64,000 nt of DNA from Polaromonas sp. UBA4122 (GCF_002381615.1 NZ_DFWY01000078.1:21268-85267); one strand, 5' to 3'. Positions 9,596 through 19,537 are shown, numbered from the stretch's first letter. Notes: generated from the sequence alone by a model not told the origin. Numbers and translations are program-made.

Positions 9596-9604
9596 ATTAT
9601 AGCA
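9596..9604 (-). promoter_or_regulatory. extended -10 promoter upstream of rplS
   Basis: Perfect TG-C-TATAAT on the minus strand in the trmD-rplS spacer. Confidence 0.65.
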
Positions 9605-9606
9605 AT

Positions 9607-10386
9607 TTACGAATCCTTCTCCGGATTTTCGATCAAATCGGCAAGGAAGGCCTCGTCGCTTGCGCTCAAATGACCGGCCACTCGCGCTTGTTGCACCAAC
9701 TCCGGGCGTTGTTGCTGGCTCAAGGCCAGCCGCTGTTCACGACGCCAGCGCTCGATGTGAGCGTGGTTGCCAGACAACAAGGTTTTTGGCACAGGCTGGC
9801 CGCGCCAAACTTCCGGCCGGGTGTAATGAGGGCAATCCAGCAGCCCATCAAGCGCCGGATTGAAGCTGTCCATCTGGTGGCTGCCTTCGTCGTTCAAAAC
9901 CCCGGGCTGCAGTCGGGCCACGGCGTCCAGCAGCGCCATCGCGGCAATTTCTCCGCCCGACAGCACGAAATCGCCCAAGCTGATCTGGCGGTCGACATAG
10001 GTTTCTATGAAACGCTGGTCAAGACCCTCATAGCGGCCACAAATCAGCACCGCGCCGCTGCTGGCTGACCAGCGTTCTACGCTGGCGTGGTTCAGGACCT
10101 GGCCCACGGGGGAAAAAAGGACGGTGGGCACAACTGCGGCACCGCTAGCGGCGCGCTCGGCCCGCACATTTTCGAGGCACCGCGTGAGCGGTTCGGTCAT
10201 CATCACCATGCCGGGACCGCCGCCAAATGGCCGGTCGTCCACGCGACGGTAATTGCCCTCGGCGAAGTCGCGAGGGTTCCAGAGCCTGACCTCGACAAGG
10301 CCCGCTTCGTAGGCACGACGGGTTACGCCACTGACAAGAAACGGCGCAAAAAGCTCGGGAAACAGGGTAATGACATCAAAGCGCAT
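9607..10386 (-). CDS. trmD: tRNA (guanine-N1)-methyltransferase
   Basis: MRFDVITLFPE, VDDRPFGGGPGM, CGRYEG, SLGDFVLSGGE; operon context. Confidence 0.98.
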   Translation of the reverse strand: MRFDVITLFPELFAPFLVSGVTRRAYEAGLVEVRLWNPRDFAEGNYRRVDDRPFGGGPGMVMMTEPLTRCLENVRAERAASGAAVVPTVLFSPVGQVLNHASVERWSASSGAVLICGRYEGLDQRFIETYVDRQISLGDFVLSGGEIAAMALLDAVARLQPGVLNDEGSHQMDSFNPALDGLLDCPHYTRPEVWRGQPVPKTLLSGNHAHIERWRREQRLALSQQQRPELVQQARVAGHLSASDEAFLADLIENPEKDS

Positions 10387-10463
10387 GGAAGGGCTATTTT
10401 GCGCGTCTGGGTTACGGCGCGGAATAGGTCAGGGCAATCTGCCCTGCTACAGCCTCTGAGACA

Positions 10464-11084
10464 TCAATAGTCGGGTTGCCAGTCAACGGTGATGCGTTTG
10501 CCAGCGATATCCACCGCATCCACGTAGGCCGCGACAAAAGGAATCATGCGTTCGGCTACGGTGGCTTTTGTGCTTATGCCATCTTCCTGGCTGGTCGTGT
10601 ATTCAACGCACAGCACCGAGTGCGGGCCGGTGGCCATCAGGTCGCGTACAAGCCCCAAGGCCACGCCTTCGCGGTTGACCACGTTCAAGCCGATCAGGTC
10701 GACCCAATAATACTCGTCTTTGGAAGCGGCTGGGAAACTGCTGCGCGGCAGAAAAATCCGGGCACCACGCAATGCCTCAGCGGCATTGCGCTCGTCGACA
10801 CCGCTGAATTTGGCGACCACCGAACCGGAATGGGTTTTGACCTCGTCCACGCCAAGGGAAACCGTGCCGGAAAATGCAGTGAAGCCCGGTCGAAATTTGG
10901 CGTCAGGTACCTGTAAAAACCAGGATTTGGCCGAGAAGAGTGCTTCTGGATCGGCGCTATGCGACAAGACTTTCACCCAGCCTTTCAAACCCCACGCATC
11001 CAGAATGCGCCCGACTTCAATGGCATCGTCCGGAAGGCTTGAAGGAGTCAAACCCGCGGGCGGCTGAAGGCCGGGCAGCATCAA
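10464..11084 (-). CDS. rimM: ribosome maturation factor RimM
   Basis: VGRILDAWGLKG, EYYWVDLIG, IPFV...VDWQPDY; start uncertain. Confidence 0.95.
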   Translation of the reverse strand: MMLPGLQPPAGLTPSSLPDDAIEVGRILDAWGLKGWVKVLSHSADPEALFSAKSWFLQVPDAKFRPGFTAFSGTVSLGVDEVKTHSGSVVAKFSGVDERNAAEALRGARIFLPRSSFPAASKDEYYWVDLIGLNVVNREGVALGLVRDLMATGPHSVLCVEYTTSQEDGISTKATVAERMIPFVAAYVDAVDIAGKRITVDWQPDY

Positions 11085-11096
11085 AACTTCTAAAAA

Positions 11097-11348
11097 TCAG
11101 GCGGCCTTGGCGGCGCCCTGCTTGACCAGACGCTCAACGGTGGGGGACGCTTGGGCACCAACACCGATCCAGTGCGTCAAACGGTCTTGCGCAATGCGCA
11201 GGCCTTCTTCGCCACCTTTGGCAATCGGGTTGTAAAAACCGATGCGCTCGATGAAACGGCCATCGCGGCGAACGCGTTTGTCAGCCACAACAATATTGAA
11301 AAATGGACGGTGCTTAGAACCGCCGCGTGAAAGTCGAATGACGACCAT
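11097..11348 (-). CDS. rpsP: 30S ribosomal protein S16
   Basis: [31 protein letters not shown]. Confidence 0.99.
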   Translation of the reverse strand: MVVIRLSRGGSKHRPFFNIVVADKRVRRDGRFIERIGFYNPIAKGGEEGLRIAQDRLTHWIGVGAQASPTVERLVKQGAAKAA

Positions 11349-11546
11349 GATTTATCCTTCGGGTGGTGGGGTAAAAACACCCCAAATATTCCTGCAGCGC
11401 TTGAGACACACGACATGGCACCCGGCCAGCGAAATGCTGCAAAGCCCAATAGTATAACCTGCCGTACGACACTATCGCGTTTTGCCAAAAATCAATTAAA
11501 CCCGCCACCCTCCACTCACGAATCTAACCTTGAATTGTTGACCAAC

Positions 11547-12083
11547 ATGCCTCTCATACGACCCAGCCGCGACGAAGACATTCCCGCCATCACCGCCATC
11601 TACGCACATCACGTGCTTCATGGTACGGGCACTTTTGAAACCGAGCCCCCAAACGTGGCCGACATGGCCATGCGCCGGGCCGATGTCCTGTCCAAGGGCC
11701 TGCCCTACCTGGTCGCCGAGCAGGGCAGAAAGATTGCCGGGTTTGCCTACGGCAATTGGTTCAAGCCCCGTCCGGCTTACCGGTATTCAGTGGAGGACTC
11801 GATTTACCTGGCCCCGGATCTGCACCGCAAGGGTCTTGGCCGTGCCCTGCTGGCCGAACTGCTGGCACGCTGTGAGGCCGTGGGCATTCGCAAAGTGATG
11901 GCCATCGTGGGCGATTCGACCAATGCAGGGTCCGTCGGTGTTCATCGGGCGGTGGGCTTCACGCAGGTCGGAACCATCAATTCCTGCGGCTGGAAATTCG
12001 GCGCGTGGCGTGACATCGTCATCATGGAAAAAACCCTCGGGCTGGGCGACACTCAGCCACCACTCGATCTGCCCACCCCATAA
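11547..12083 (+). CDS. GNAT N-acetyltransferase (phosphinothricin acetyltransferase/YncA-like)
   Basis: IYAHHVLHGTGTFE, VEDSIY, RKGLGRAL, GWKFGAWRD; ATG at 11547. Confidence 0.9.
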   Translation: MPLIRPSRDEDIPAITAIYAHHVLHGTGTFETEPPNVADMAMRRADVLSKGLPYLVAEQGRKIAGFAYGNWFKPRPAYRYSVEDSIYLAPDLHRKGLGRALLAELLARCEAVGIRKVMAIVGDSTNAGSVGVHRAVGFTQVGTINSCGWKFGAWRDIVIMEKTLGLGDTQPPLDLPTP

Positions 12084-12090
12084 TCCCTGT

Positions 12091-12549
12091 ATGCATCCAC
12101 GCACCGTAAAAAACAAAACGGCGGCCGCCTGGCTGGCCCTCATCGGCGGTCAGTTGGGGCTGCACCGCCTGTACCTTTTTGGCTTGAGTGACCTGTGGGC
12201 GTGGATGCACCCCATCGCCGCCGCTCTGGGCTGGTGGGGCGTTGAACGCGTACGGCTTTACGGGCAGGACGACCACCTGGCCTGGGTACTGATTCCGATG
12301 CTGGGTTTTACGCTGGCTGGAACCGCACTGACCGCTATTTACTACGGCTTGATGTCGCCTGAAAAATGGAATGCACAGCACAATCCCGGCGCCCCCGACG
12401 CAGTAGCCGGCCACACCAACTGGCTCACCATAGGTGCGGCCGTGTTTGCCTTGCTGTTTGGGACCATTTCATTGATGTCCAGCATTGTTTTCAGCTTCCA
12501 GCGCTACTTCGAATACCAGGTCGAAGAAGCCCGGAAAATCAGCCAGTAA
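12091..12549 (+). CDS. TM2/NINE-domain membrane protein
   Basis: KNKTAAAWLALIGGQLGLHRLYL motif; ATG at 12091. Confidence 0.8.
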   Translation: MHPRTVKNKTAAAWLALIGGQLGLHRLYLFGLSDLWAWMHPIAAALGWWGVERVRLYGQDDHLAWVLIPMLGFTLAGTALTAIYYGLMSPEKWNAQHNPGAPDAVAGHTNWLTIGAAVFALLFGTISLMSSIVFSFQRYFEYQVEEARKISQ

Positions 12550-12554
12550 ATATA

Positions 12555-12709
12555 GCCCCCACGCTTGTCGCTTCGCGTACTGCGCTGCCCCCCGAGGGGG
12601 CTGTGCTTGCTTGGGGCTGCCCTGCGCGGCGCACTTCGGCCCCCACGCTTGTCGCTTCGCGTACTGCGCTGCCCCCCGAGGGGGCTGTGCTTGCTTGGGG
12701 CTGCCCTGC
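12555..12709 (+). repeat. family B repeat, two identical 71-bp copies (12555-12625, 12639-12709)
   Basis: GCCCCCACGCTTGTCGCTTCGCGTACTGCGCTGCCCCCCGAGGGGGCTGTGCTTGCTTGGGGCTGCCCTGC twice with a 13-bp spacer, between convergent genes. Confidence 0.95.
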
Positions 12710-12740
12710 CGAAAATTGCAGTGCCTTTGCAGGCTGTGAC

Positions 12741-13751
12741 TTAAAAAATCTGCAGGCTGACCCAATAGGCAATCGCCGCCACGAAGGCGGAGGCGGGAAT
12801 GGTAAAAATCCAGGCCCAAACAATCCTGCCGGCTACGCCCCAGCGCACGGCTGAGGCCCGCCGCGTGGAGCCCACGCCCACAATGGCGCCCGTGATGGTG
12901 TGTGTTGTGGACACTGGAATGCCCAGCGCGGTCGCCAGAAACAGCGTCAACGCGCCACCGGTTTCAGCGCAAAAACCGCCCACGGGCTTGAGCTTGGTAA
13001 TTTTCTGGCCCATGGTTTTCACAATGCGCCAGCCGCCAAACATGGTGCCCGCCGCAATGGCGAGGTAGCAGCTCACAATCGTCCAGGTGGGTGGCGAAGC
13101 GTCGCTGGACGAGACATAGCCGGTCGCGATCAGCAACATCCAGATAAGGCCGATGGTTTTCTGCGAATCGTTGCCGCCGTGGCCCAAACTGTAAGCCCCT
13201 GCAGATACGAGCTGAAGGCGACGGAACCAGCGATCAACCTTCGAAGGTGTTGCGCGGCGGCCGACCCACGACACCAGCACCATCATCAGGGAGCCCAGCA
13301 CAAAACCCAGCAGGGGTGATATAAAAATAAAAGCCACCGTCTTCAGAATGCCTCCCGACATCAGCGCTTGGGCGCCGGCCTTGGCAATCACTGCGCCCGC
13401 AATGCCGCCTATCAGCGCGTGCGACGAACTGCTGGGAATGCCGTAAATCCAGGTCGCCAGGTTCCAGGCGATGGCACCCATCAGCGCGCCAAACACCACG
13501 TGCGTATCAACCACGCCAGGCTGGACAATGCCCTTGCCCACAGTGGCCGCCACACTGAGATGGAAGACAAACAGCGCGATCAGGTTAAAAGCGGCTGCAA
13601 ACATGACGGCCTGCCCGGGCTTGAGTACGCCGGTAGACACCACCGTCGCAATCGAATTGGCCGCATCGTGAAAGCCGTTCATGAAGTCGAAGGCAATGGC
13701 CAAAATTACCAGCATGACCACCACCCACAGGGCTGTTTGTGCTGTGCTCAT
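12741..13751 (-). CDS. PiT-family inorganic phosphate transporter
   Basis: GFHDAANSIAT and GHGGNDSQKT signature motifs; ATG at 13751. Confidence 0.96.
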   Translation of the reverse strand: MSTAQTALWVVVMLVILAIAFDFMNGFHDAANSIATVVSTGVLKPGQAVMFAAAFNLIALFVFHLSVAATVGKGIVQPGVVDTHVVFGALMGAIAWNLATWIYGIPSSSSHALIGGIAGAVIAKAGAQALMSGGILKTVAFIFISPLLGFVLGSLMMVLVSWVGRRATPSKVDRWFRRLQLVSAGAYSLGHGGNDSQKTIGLIWMLLIATGYVSSSDASPPTWTIVSCYLAIAAGTMFGGWRIVKTMGQKITKLKPVGGFCAETGGALTLFLATALGIPVSTTHTITGAIVGVGSTRRASAVRWGVAGRIVWAWIFTIPASAFVAAIAYWVSLQIF

Positions 13752-13839
13752 GATTTTGTGCCCTGCACCAGACCACCCCAACAGAAATTGCATCCGCTAG
13801 CGGGACAGATCAGCGACGATGCCGCAAACACGGGAGGCA

Positions 13840-14487
13840 TCACGAATTCTCGAGGACGATGCCCTCGATCAGGTTGGCCACGTCCTCGCACTTGTCGGTG
13901 ATGGTCTCCAGCAATTCGTAAACCGCTTTGAGCTTGATGAGCTCCCGCACATCGGACTCTTCGCGAAACAGGCGGCTCATGGCCGAACGCATCACGTGGT
14001 CGGCGTCGGATTCGAGCCTGTCGATCTCTTCGCAGGTCTTGAGCGCCGCCTCAGCTGTCGCCGCATCCCTCACTTTTTCGATCAGCGCCACGGCATCCTT
14101 GAGCCGCTCGCAGCATTTGACGCTCAAATCGGTCAGGCGAACGATGTCTTCGGTCATGTGATGCACGTCGTAGAGCGCCATGGTCTCGGCGGAGTCCTGA
14201 ATCAGGTCGGCCACATCGTCCATGGTGTTGATCAGCGAATGGATCTGGTCACGGTCGATCGGGGTGATAAAGGTCTTGTGCAACGCGCGGTTGACCTCCT
14301 GGGTGATGCGGTCTGCGGCGCGCTCGGCGTTGTCCACTTCGCGGTTGAACGCTTCACGCTTTTGTACATCGCTGTAGTTGGCCACCATATTCGAGAAGGC
14401 ATGGGCAGCCTCCACAATCCGGTCTGCATGCTGGTTGAACATCTCAAAAAAATTGCCTTCTCGCGGCAAAAATTTGCTAAACAGCAT
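13840..14487 (-). CDS. DUF47 (PhoU-like) phosphate transport regulator
   Basis: TFITPIDRDQI, LETITDKCEDVA; adjacent to PiT. Confidence 0.93.
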   Translation of the reverse strand: MLFSKFLPREGNFFEMFNQHADRIVEAAHAFSNMVANYSDVQKREAFNREVDNAERAADRITQEVNRALHKTFITPIDRDQIHSLINTMDDVADLIQDSAETMALYDVHHMTEDIVRLTDLSVKCCERLKDAVALIEKVRDAATAEAALKTCEEIDRLESDADHVMRSAMSRLFREESDVRELIKLKAVYELLETITDKCEDVANLIEGIVLENS

Positions 14488-14593
14488 GTCAGCTCCTCAG
14501 GAATTAAGTCAAAAATAAGACGTTTTTGTAACTGCCGGAAGTTTAACCGGCAAGGCTTTCACCGCTGACCAGCCGCGGCGCGAACCCTTTTCC

Positions 14594-14664
14594 GTAGGGC
14601 CGCCCCAAGGAAAAGACGCCCCATCGGGGGGCAGCGCAGTATGCGAAGGGACAAGCGTGGGGGC
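14594..14664 (-). repeat. family B repeat, intergenic
   Basis: Reverse complement GCCCCCACGCTTGTCCCTTCGCATACTGCGCTGCCCCCCGATGGGGCGTCTTTTCCTTGGGGCGGCCCTA. Confidence 0.88.
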
Positions 14665-14668
14665 TAAT

Positions 14669-15034
14669 TCAGGCGCTGCGAAAAATGAAGTACACCGCGC
14701 CCACCATGCACAGTGCGGCCCACAAGTAATCCAGCTTGAGCGGCTCGTGCAGATAAAACACGGCAAAAGGCACAAACACGCTCAGCGTGATCACCTCCTG
14801 CATGATCTTGAGCTGGCCCACGCTGAACTGGGTAAAGCCAATCCGGTTACCCGGCACCTGAAACATGTACTCAAACAGGGCAATACCCCAGCTGATCAGC
14901 GCAGCGATGTACCAGGGCGACGTCGCCAGATTCTTCAGGTGCCCATACCAGGCAAAGGTCATGAAAACATTGGACAGCAGCAGCAGGCCAATGGTCTGGG
15001 CCGATACAGGAAGCGATTGCAGGAATTGCATCAA
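14669..15034 (-). CDS. DMT-family small membrane protein (DUF486-like)
   Basis: LLLSNVFMTFAWYGHL, SWGIALFEY, QLKIMQEVITL. Confidence 0.88.
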   Translation of the reverse strand: MMQFLQSLPVSAQTIGLLLLSNVFMTFAWYGHLKNLATSPWYIAALISWGIALFEYMFQVPGNRIGFTQFSVGQLKIMQEVITLSVFVPFAVFYLHEPLKLDYLWAALCMVGAVYFIFRSA

Positions 15035-15050
15035 ACAGTTCTCCAGTAGT

Positions 15051-15477
15051 TCATACAGGTTGCCCGACTAGCAGCAGCACCAGGGTCAGCAGCACCAGCG
15101 AATGCACAGAGACCAGCGTCAACAGCGTGACCAGCCCCGCGGGCCCGTATATCAAACCGATCAGTGCGATGCCAATCATCACTGTGTTGGAGTAGGTATT
15201 GGCCAGCAGCGCGGCGGTTAAAGCCTTGCACCAGCAAGGTACCGGTAAACAGGATGCCGACAGCCAGGAAATAAGCCACCACGGGCTTGAAGTCGAGTCG
15301 CTCGATACGCACCCGGCTCATGGTGCGAAAAAGCAGGGCAGGCGCGAGCAGCAAAAAAACCAGGTTTTAGAGGTATTTAATGGCCTGCGCCCTTATCCAG
15401 CCTGTGCGACCAGCTATAAAACCTGTAGCAATCAACAAAACAACCCGGAGCAGCGACACAAAAACAAGCGGGTTCAT
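15051..15477 (-). pseudogene. AEC-family (auxin efflux carrier) transporter pseudogene
   Basis: MNPLVFVSLLRVVLLIATGFIAGRTGWIRAQAIKYL*NLVFLLLAPALLFRTMS...; in-frame TAA at codon 37, frameshift near 15205 (continues ANTYSNTVMIGIALIGLIYG), 3' half missing. Confidence 0.8.
15365..15429 (-). repeat. family A repeat inside AEC pseudogene
   Basis: Reverse complement GCTAC-AGGTTTT-ATAGC-TGGTCGCACAGGCTGGATAAGGGCGCAGGCCATTAAATACCTCTAAAA. Confidence 0.7.
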
Positions 15478-15591
15478 GGCGCAATCTTAGCGCCCGTTCC
15501 CAACGCCCCGAGCGCCAATATTTTTTTGCAAAACAGGGCATAAACTTGGCCTTCATCGTTTTTGAAAAACCTGTTCCAGGCGCACCTCACC

Positions 15592-16593
15592 ATGACCAAT
15601 CCCACCATTGCCACGCCGGCCCCGGCCACCCGCCGGCCTTCCCACCTGCGCACCCTTAGCTACTGCGGCCTAGCCCCCGGGACACGCCTGCTGGTGCTGG
15701 GCGCGGTGCATGGCAATGAAGTGTGCGGCACGCGCGCCATTACGCAGCTCCTGGCAGAACTCGACAGCGGCGAGCTGGCCGTGGAGCGCGGCACAGTGAC
15801 TTTTGTGCCCATCACCAACCCGCTGGCCTACCAGCTCAAACAACGCACCGGCGAGCGCAACCTCAACCGCAACATGGCGCCCAGTGCGATTCCGCAGGAT
15901 TTCGAAGGCCGCATCGCCAACATGCTGTGCCCCTTACTCGAATCGCACGACGCGCTGCTGGACCTGCACTCCTTCCATACCGGCGGTGCCCCATTCGTGA
16001 TGATTGGCCCGCAAAACAACAGCGGCGAGCTAGAGCCCTTTGCCCGGGCGGCCGAAGAAATGCAGCTGGCCCTCCACACCGGGCCGCACCGCATTGTGGA
16101 AGGCTGGCTGGACACCTATGCGCGGGGCGTACAACGACGCGCCGCAGCACCCCTCACCGCGGGAAACAGCCGCGCACAAACCCTGGTGACCGACCCCAAC
16201 TACGGCGTGGGAACGACCGAATACATGCGCTCACGCGGCGGCTATGCGGTGACGCTGGAATGTGGCCAGCACGACGATCCTCAGGCGGTGCAGGTGGCAC
16301 GCCATGCCATTCTGCAAACACTGGCTTTGCTGGGTATCTCCTCGTTGCCGTTGGCACCGGTGCAGACGGACAGAGAAATCCTGCGCCTGGTCGACGTGAC
16401 GGACCGCGAGCATGCGGGCGACAGGTTCCGCCGCGAATGGCGCAGTTTTGACGCCGTGAAAACCGGCGAAGTGATTGGCGTTCGTCACAGCGGCGCAGAG
16501 GTCAAGGCCCCTGCAGACGGGTTTGTGGTGTTTCCCAATCCGCGCGCCGAAGTGGCGCAGGAGTGGTTTTATTTTGCCCAGCGCCGAGCCTGA
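15592..16593 (+). CDS. succinylglutamate desuccinylase/aspartoacylase (M14) family protein
   Basis: GAVHGNE, RNLNR, LDLHS, TLECGQH. Confidence 0.9.
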   Translation: MTNPTIATPAPATRRPSHLRTLSYCGLAPGTRLLVLGAVHGNEVCGTRAITQLLAELDSGELAVERGTVTFVPITNPLAYQLKQRTGERNLNRNMAPSAIPQDFEGRIANMLCPLLESHDALLDLHSFHTGGAPFVMIGPQNNSGELEPFARAAEEMQLALHTGPHRIVEGWLDTYARGVQRRAAAPLTAGNSRAQTLVTDPNYGVGTTEYMRSRGGYAVTLECGQHDDPQAVQVARHAILQTLALLGISSLPLAPVQTDREILRLVDVTDREHAGDRFRREWRSFDAVKTGEVIGVRHSGAEVKAPADGFVVFPNPRAEVAQEWFYFAQRRA

Positions 16594-16596
16594 AAA

Positions 16597-17136
16597 TCAG
16601 TCCTCGACGCGCGCGGCAAAAGTCTTGCGGAATTTTTCGACTTTGGGGCCCACCACAAAAGCGCAATAACCCTGGTTGGGGTTGTTCTCGAAATAATCCT
16701 GGTGGTAGGCCTCGGCCGACCAGTAATTGGCGAGCGGCAGCACTTCGGTCACGATGGGTGTGCCAAACAGTTTGTCCTGGCTCATCTGGCGGATCATGTC
16801 GTCGGCCACCTGCTTTTGCTCCGCTGTTGAATAGTAGATGCCGCTGCGATACTGCGTGCCCGCGTCATTGCCCTGGCGGTTCAGGCTGGTCGGATCATGG
16901 ATCACAAAAAATATTTCGAGAATTTCACGCAGCGTGATGTCTGCCGGGTCATAGGTGAGTTTGACGACCTCGTTATGCCCGGTTTGGCCGGTACAGACCT
17001 GCTCGTAGCTGGGCCGCTCAACACGTCCGTTGCTGTAGCCCGACTCGACATCGGTGACACCGCGCACTTTGACAAATACAGCTTCGGTGCACCAGAAGCA
17101 GCCGCCGCCCAAGGTGATGGTCTGCAAGTCATTCAT
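16597..17136 (-). CDS. msrA: peptide-methionine (S)-S-oxide reductase
   Basis: GGGCFWC, HDPTSLNRQGND.GTQYRS, AEAYHQDY. Confidence 0.97.
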   Translation of the reverse strand: MNDLQTITLGGGCFWCTEAVFVKVRGVTDVESGYSNGRVERPSYEQVCTGQTGHNEVVKLTYDPADITLREILEIFFVIHDPTSLNRQGNDAGTQYRSGIYYSTAEQKQVADDMIRQMSQDKLFGTPIVTEVLPLANYWSAEAYHQDYFENNPNQGYCAFVVGPKVEKFRKTFAARVED

Positions 17137-18125
17137 GGGATGATTTCCTTGGGTTTACTGGCTCGTTGATTCCCGGCCGGGTTCCACGCCGTCACTTTAG
17201 CTTTTTCTTGTTCCATTTGCTGCCCTGCCGTCTTTCCGGCGGCTTGGCCGGAAGCCGCTCGCACCGCATTGACAAACGCTGCCAGCGCCGCGTTGTCACG
17301 GGCGGTCTTCCATAGGCAGTGGGTGTCGTAAGGCGTGGTGGCCGTATCCAGCGGCACAAAGGCAGTGCCCGCCATGGCGGACTGGCGTAGCGCCGCCGGT
17401 ACCAGCGCGACGCCCATGCCTTGCGACACCAGCGACACCACGCTCAGCCAGTGCCGCAGCTCATAGCGTATTTCTGGGTAAAACCCGGCTTCGGTGCAGA
17501 TCGCCAGAATGCGCTCATGGTAGTCAGGCGACACCGTGCGCGAGACCACGGCAAATGGCTCGCCCTGCAAAAGATTAAGGGATAGCGAGCGCTTGCCCGC
17601 CAGCGCGTGGCCTGCGGGCAGGCAGCAGACAAAGGCCTGACTGGCAACAAGCGTTTGTGACAGCTCGGGCGGCACGCGCGTGGTGTGTACAAACCCCAGG
17701 TCCAGCCGGTCATGGGACAGCTCAATCAGCTGCTCGCTGGAGCTGAGCTCCTTGAGCATCAGCCGCAGCAAGGGATGTTCGGCCTGAAACCGTTCCAGAA
17801 TCTTCGGCAAGCCGCTGTACAGCATGGTGCCCGCAAAACCGATGGTGAGGCTGCCAGCCATGCCCTGCCCCACGTCTCTGGCGTGGCTGGCCGCTTGGGC
17901 CGCTTGTTCAAGCAGAGCCCGCGCCGCAGGCACAAACGCCTGGCCGGCGGCCGTGAGTTGCACCGATTTGCTGTTGCGCGTCAGCAGGCGGGCCCCGACC
18001 GAGGCCTCCAGTTGCTGGATATTCAGCGAGAGCGGCGGCTGGGAAATCGACAAACGCCGCGCGGCCCTGCCGAAGTGCAACTCTTCAGCCAGAACCAGAA
18101 AGTAACGCAGATGACGAAATTCCAT
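17133..18125 (-). CDS. LysR-family transcriptional regulator, divergent from gcdH
   Basis: LRYFLVLAEELHFGRAARRLSISQPPLS HTH plus substrate-binding domain. Confidence 0.95.
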   Translation of the reverse strand: MEFRHLRYFLVLAEELHFGRAARRLSISQPPLSLNIQQLEASVGARLLTRNSKSVQLTAAGQAFVPAARALLEQAAQAASHARDVGQGMAGSLTIGFAGTMLYSGLPKILERFQAEHPLLRLMLKELSSSEQLIELSHDRLDLGFVHTTRVPPELSQTLVASQAFVCCLPAGHALAGKRSLSLNLLQGEPFAVVSRTVSPDYHERILAICTEAGFYPEIRYELRHWLSVVSLVSQGMGVALVPAALRQSAMAGTAFVPLDTATTPYDTHCLWKTARDNAALAAFVNAVRAASGQAAGKTAGQQMEQEKAKVTAWNPAGNQRASKPKEIIP

Positions 18126-18126
18126 G

Positions 18127-18143
18127 GATATAAATAATGTATC
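18127..18143. promoter_or_regulatory. LysR T-N11-A box
   Basis: GATA-TAAATAATG-TATC palindrome abutting the lysR start codon. Confidence 0.6.
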
Positions 18144-18268
18144 GTTAAATCAAATTTTGATATTAGACAAGTATCCATGCCCGTCCAACAATAGGAGCGC
18201 AAGGCCAACCCCGGGGCGCCAGGCCCTACACTTTGCAAAGCATTCCAAACACCAAGAGGACATCCGCC

Positions 18269-19465
18269 ATGAAAGCCAAATTCAACTGGGAAGACCCATT
18301 TTTGCTGTCAGAGCAGCTCAGCGACGACGAACGCGCCATCGTCGAAGCCGCGCATGCCTTCTGCCAGGAAAAACTGCAGCCGCGCGTGCTGATGGCCGCC
18401 CGCCACGAAAAGTTTGACCGCGAGATCATGAACGAGTTCGGCGCCATGGGCTTTCTGGGCTCGACCATTGAAGGCTACGGCTGCACCGGCCTGAATTACG
18501 TGAGCTACGGCCTGGTGGCGCGCGAAGTGGAACGCGTGGACAGCGGCTACCGCAGCGCCATGAGCGTGCAGAGTTCGCTGGTCATGCACCCGATCAATGC
18601 CTACGGCAGCGAAGCCCAGCGCCTGAAGTACCTGCCCAAGCTGGCTACCGGCGAATGGGTCGGCTGCTTTGGCCTGACCGAGCCCAATCACGGCTCAGAC
18701 CCGGCCAGCATGATCACGCGCGCCAAGCCGGTGGACGGCGGATATACCCTCAATGGCGCCAAGATGTGGATCACCAACAGCCCGATTGCCGACGTGTTTG
18801 TGGTCTGGGCCAAACTGGCCGATGCCGATGGCAAGGTCGGCGGCCAGGAAGCGATTCGCGGCTTCATTCTTGAAAAAGGCATGAAGGGCCTGACCGCCCC
18901 CAAGATCGAAGGCAAGATGAGCCTGCGCGCGTCGATCACCGGCGAGATCGTGATGGACGATGTGTTTGTGCCCGAAGCCAATCTGTTGCCCAATGTGAGC
19001 GGCCTGAAGGGCCCGTTTGGCTGCCTGAACAAGGCCCGCTACGGCATCGCCTGGGGTGTGATGGGCGCTGCTGAAGACTGCTGGCACCGGGCCCGCCAGT
19101 ACACGCTGGACCGCGTGCAGTTTGGCCGCCCCCTGGCGCAAACCCAGCTGATTCAAAAGAAGCTCGCCGACATGCAGACCGAAATCACGCTGGGCCTGCA
19201 AGCCTGCCTGCGCGTGGGCCGCCTGATGGATGAGGGCAAGGACCAGCCCGAAATGATCTCGCTGATCAAGCGCAACAACTGCGGCAAGGCGCTCGACATT
19301 GCCCGCATGGCGCGCGACATGCACGGCGGCAACGGCATTCACGATGAATACCACGTGATCCGCCACATGATCAACCTGGAAACCGTCAATACCTACGAGG
19401 GCACGCATGATGTGCATGCACTGATCCTCGGCCGGGCGCAGACGGGGCTGCAGGCTTTTTTCTAA
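18269..19465 (+). CDS. gcdH: glutaryl-CoA dehydrogenase
   Basis: [52 protein letters not shown]. Confidence 0.95.
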   Translation: MKAKFNWEDPFLLSEQLSDDERAIVEAAHAFCQEKLQPRVLMAARHEKFDREIMNEFGAMGFLGSTIEGYGCTGLNYVSYGLVAREVERVDSGYRSAMSVQSSLVMHPINAYGSEAQRLKYLPKLATGEWVGCFGLTEPNHGSDPASMITRAKPVDGGYTLNGAKMWITNSPIADVFVVWAKLADADGKVGGQEAIRGFILEKGMKGLTAPKIEGKMSLRASITGEIVMDDVFVPEANLLPNVSGLKGPFGCLNKARYGIAWGVMGAAEDCWHRARQYTLDRVQFGRPLAQTQLIQKKLADMQTEITLGLQACLRVGRLMDEGKDQPEMISLIKRNNCGKALDIARMARDMHGGNGIHDEYHVIRHMINLETVNTYEGTHDVHALILGRAQTGLQAFF

Positions 19466-19467
19466 CA

Positions 19468-19532
19468 TTTTTATAGTATTTTATGGCTATAGCCCAATAA
19501 CAACGGGCATAAGCAGCTATTTATTTTGTAGC
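19468..19532 (-). repeat. family A repeat, intergenic
   Basis: Reverse complement GCTAC-AAAATAA-ATAGC-TGCTTATGCCCGTTGTTATTGGGCTATAGCCATAAAATACTATAAAA. Confidence 0.88.
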
Positions 19533-19537
19533 AAAAC

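Noticed and set aside
12555-12709. Possible CRISPR array (direct repeats with a spacer)
   Set aside because: Only two repeats, 71 bp long with a 13-bp spacer, no cas genes; the same unit is dispersed elsewhere as family B.
12366-12854. ORFs with internal peptide duplications (APTLVASRTALPPEG...)
   Set aside because: Read-through translations of the stop-free family B tandem across convergent gene ends; no independent start evidence.
15031-15354. 107-aa ORF called as a gene
   Set aside because: It is the middle of the broken AEC transporter running out of frame.
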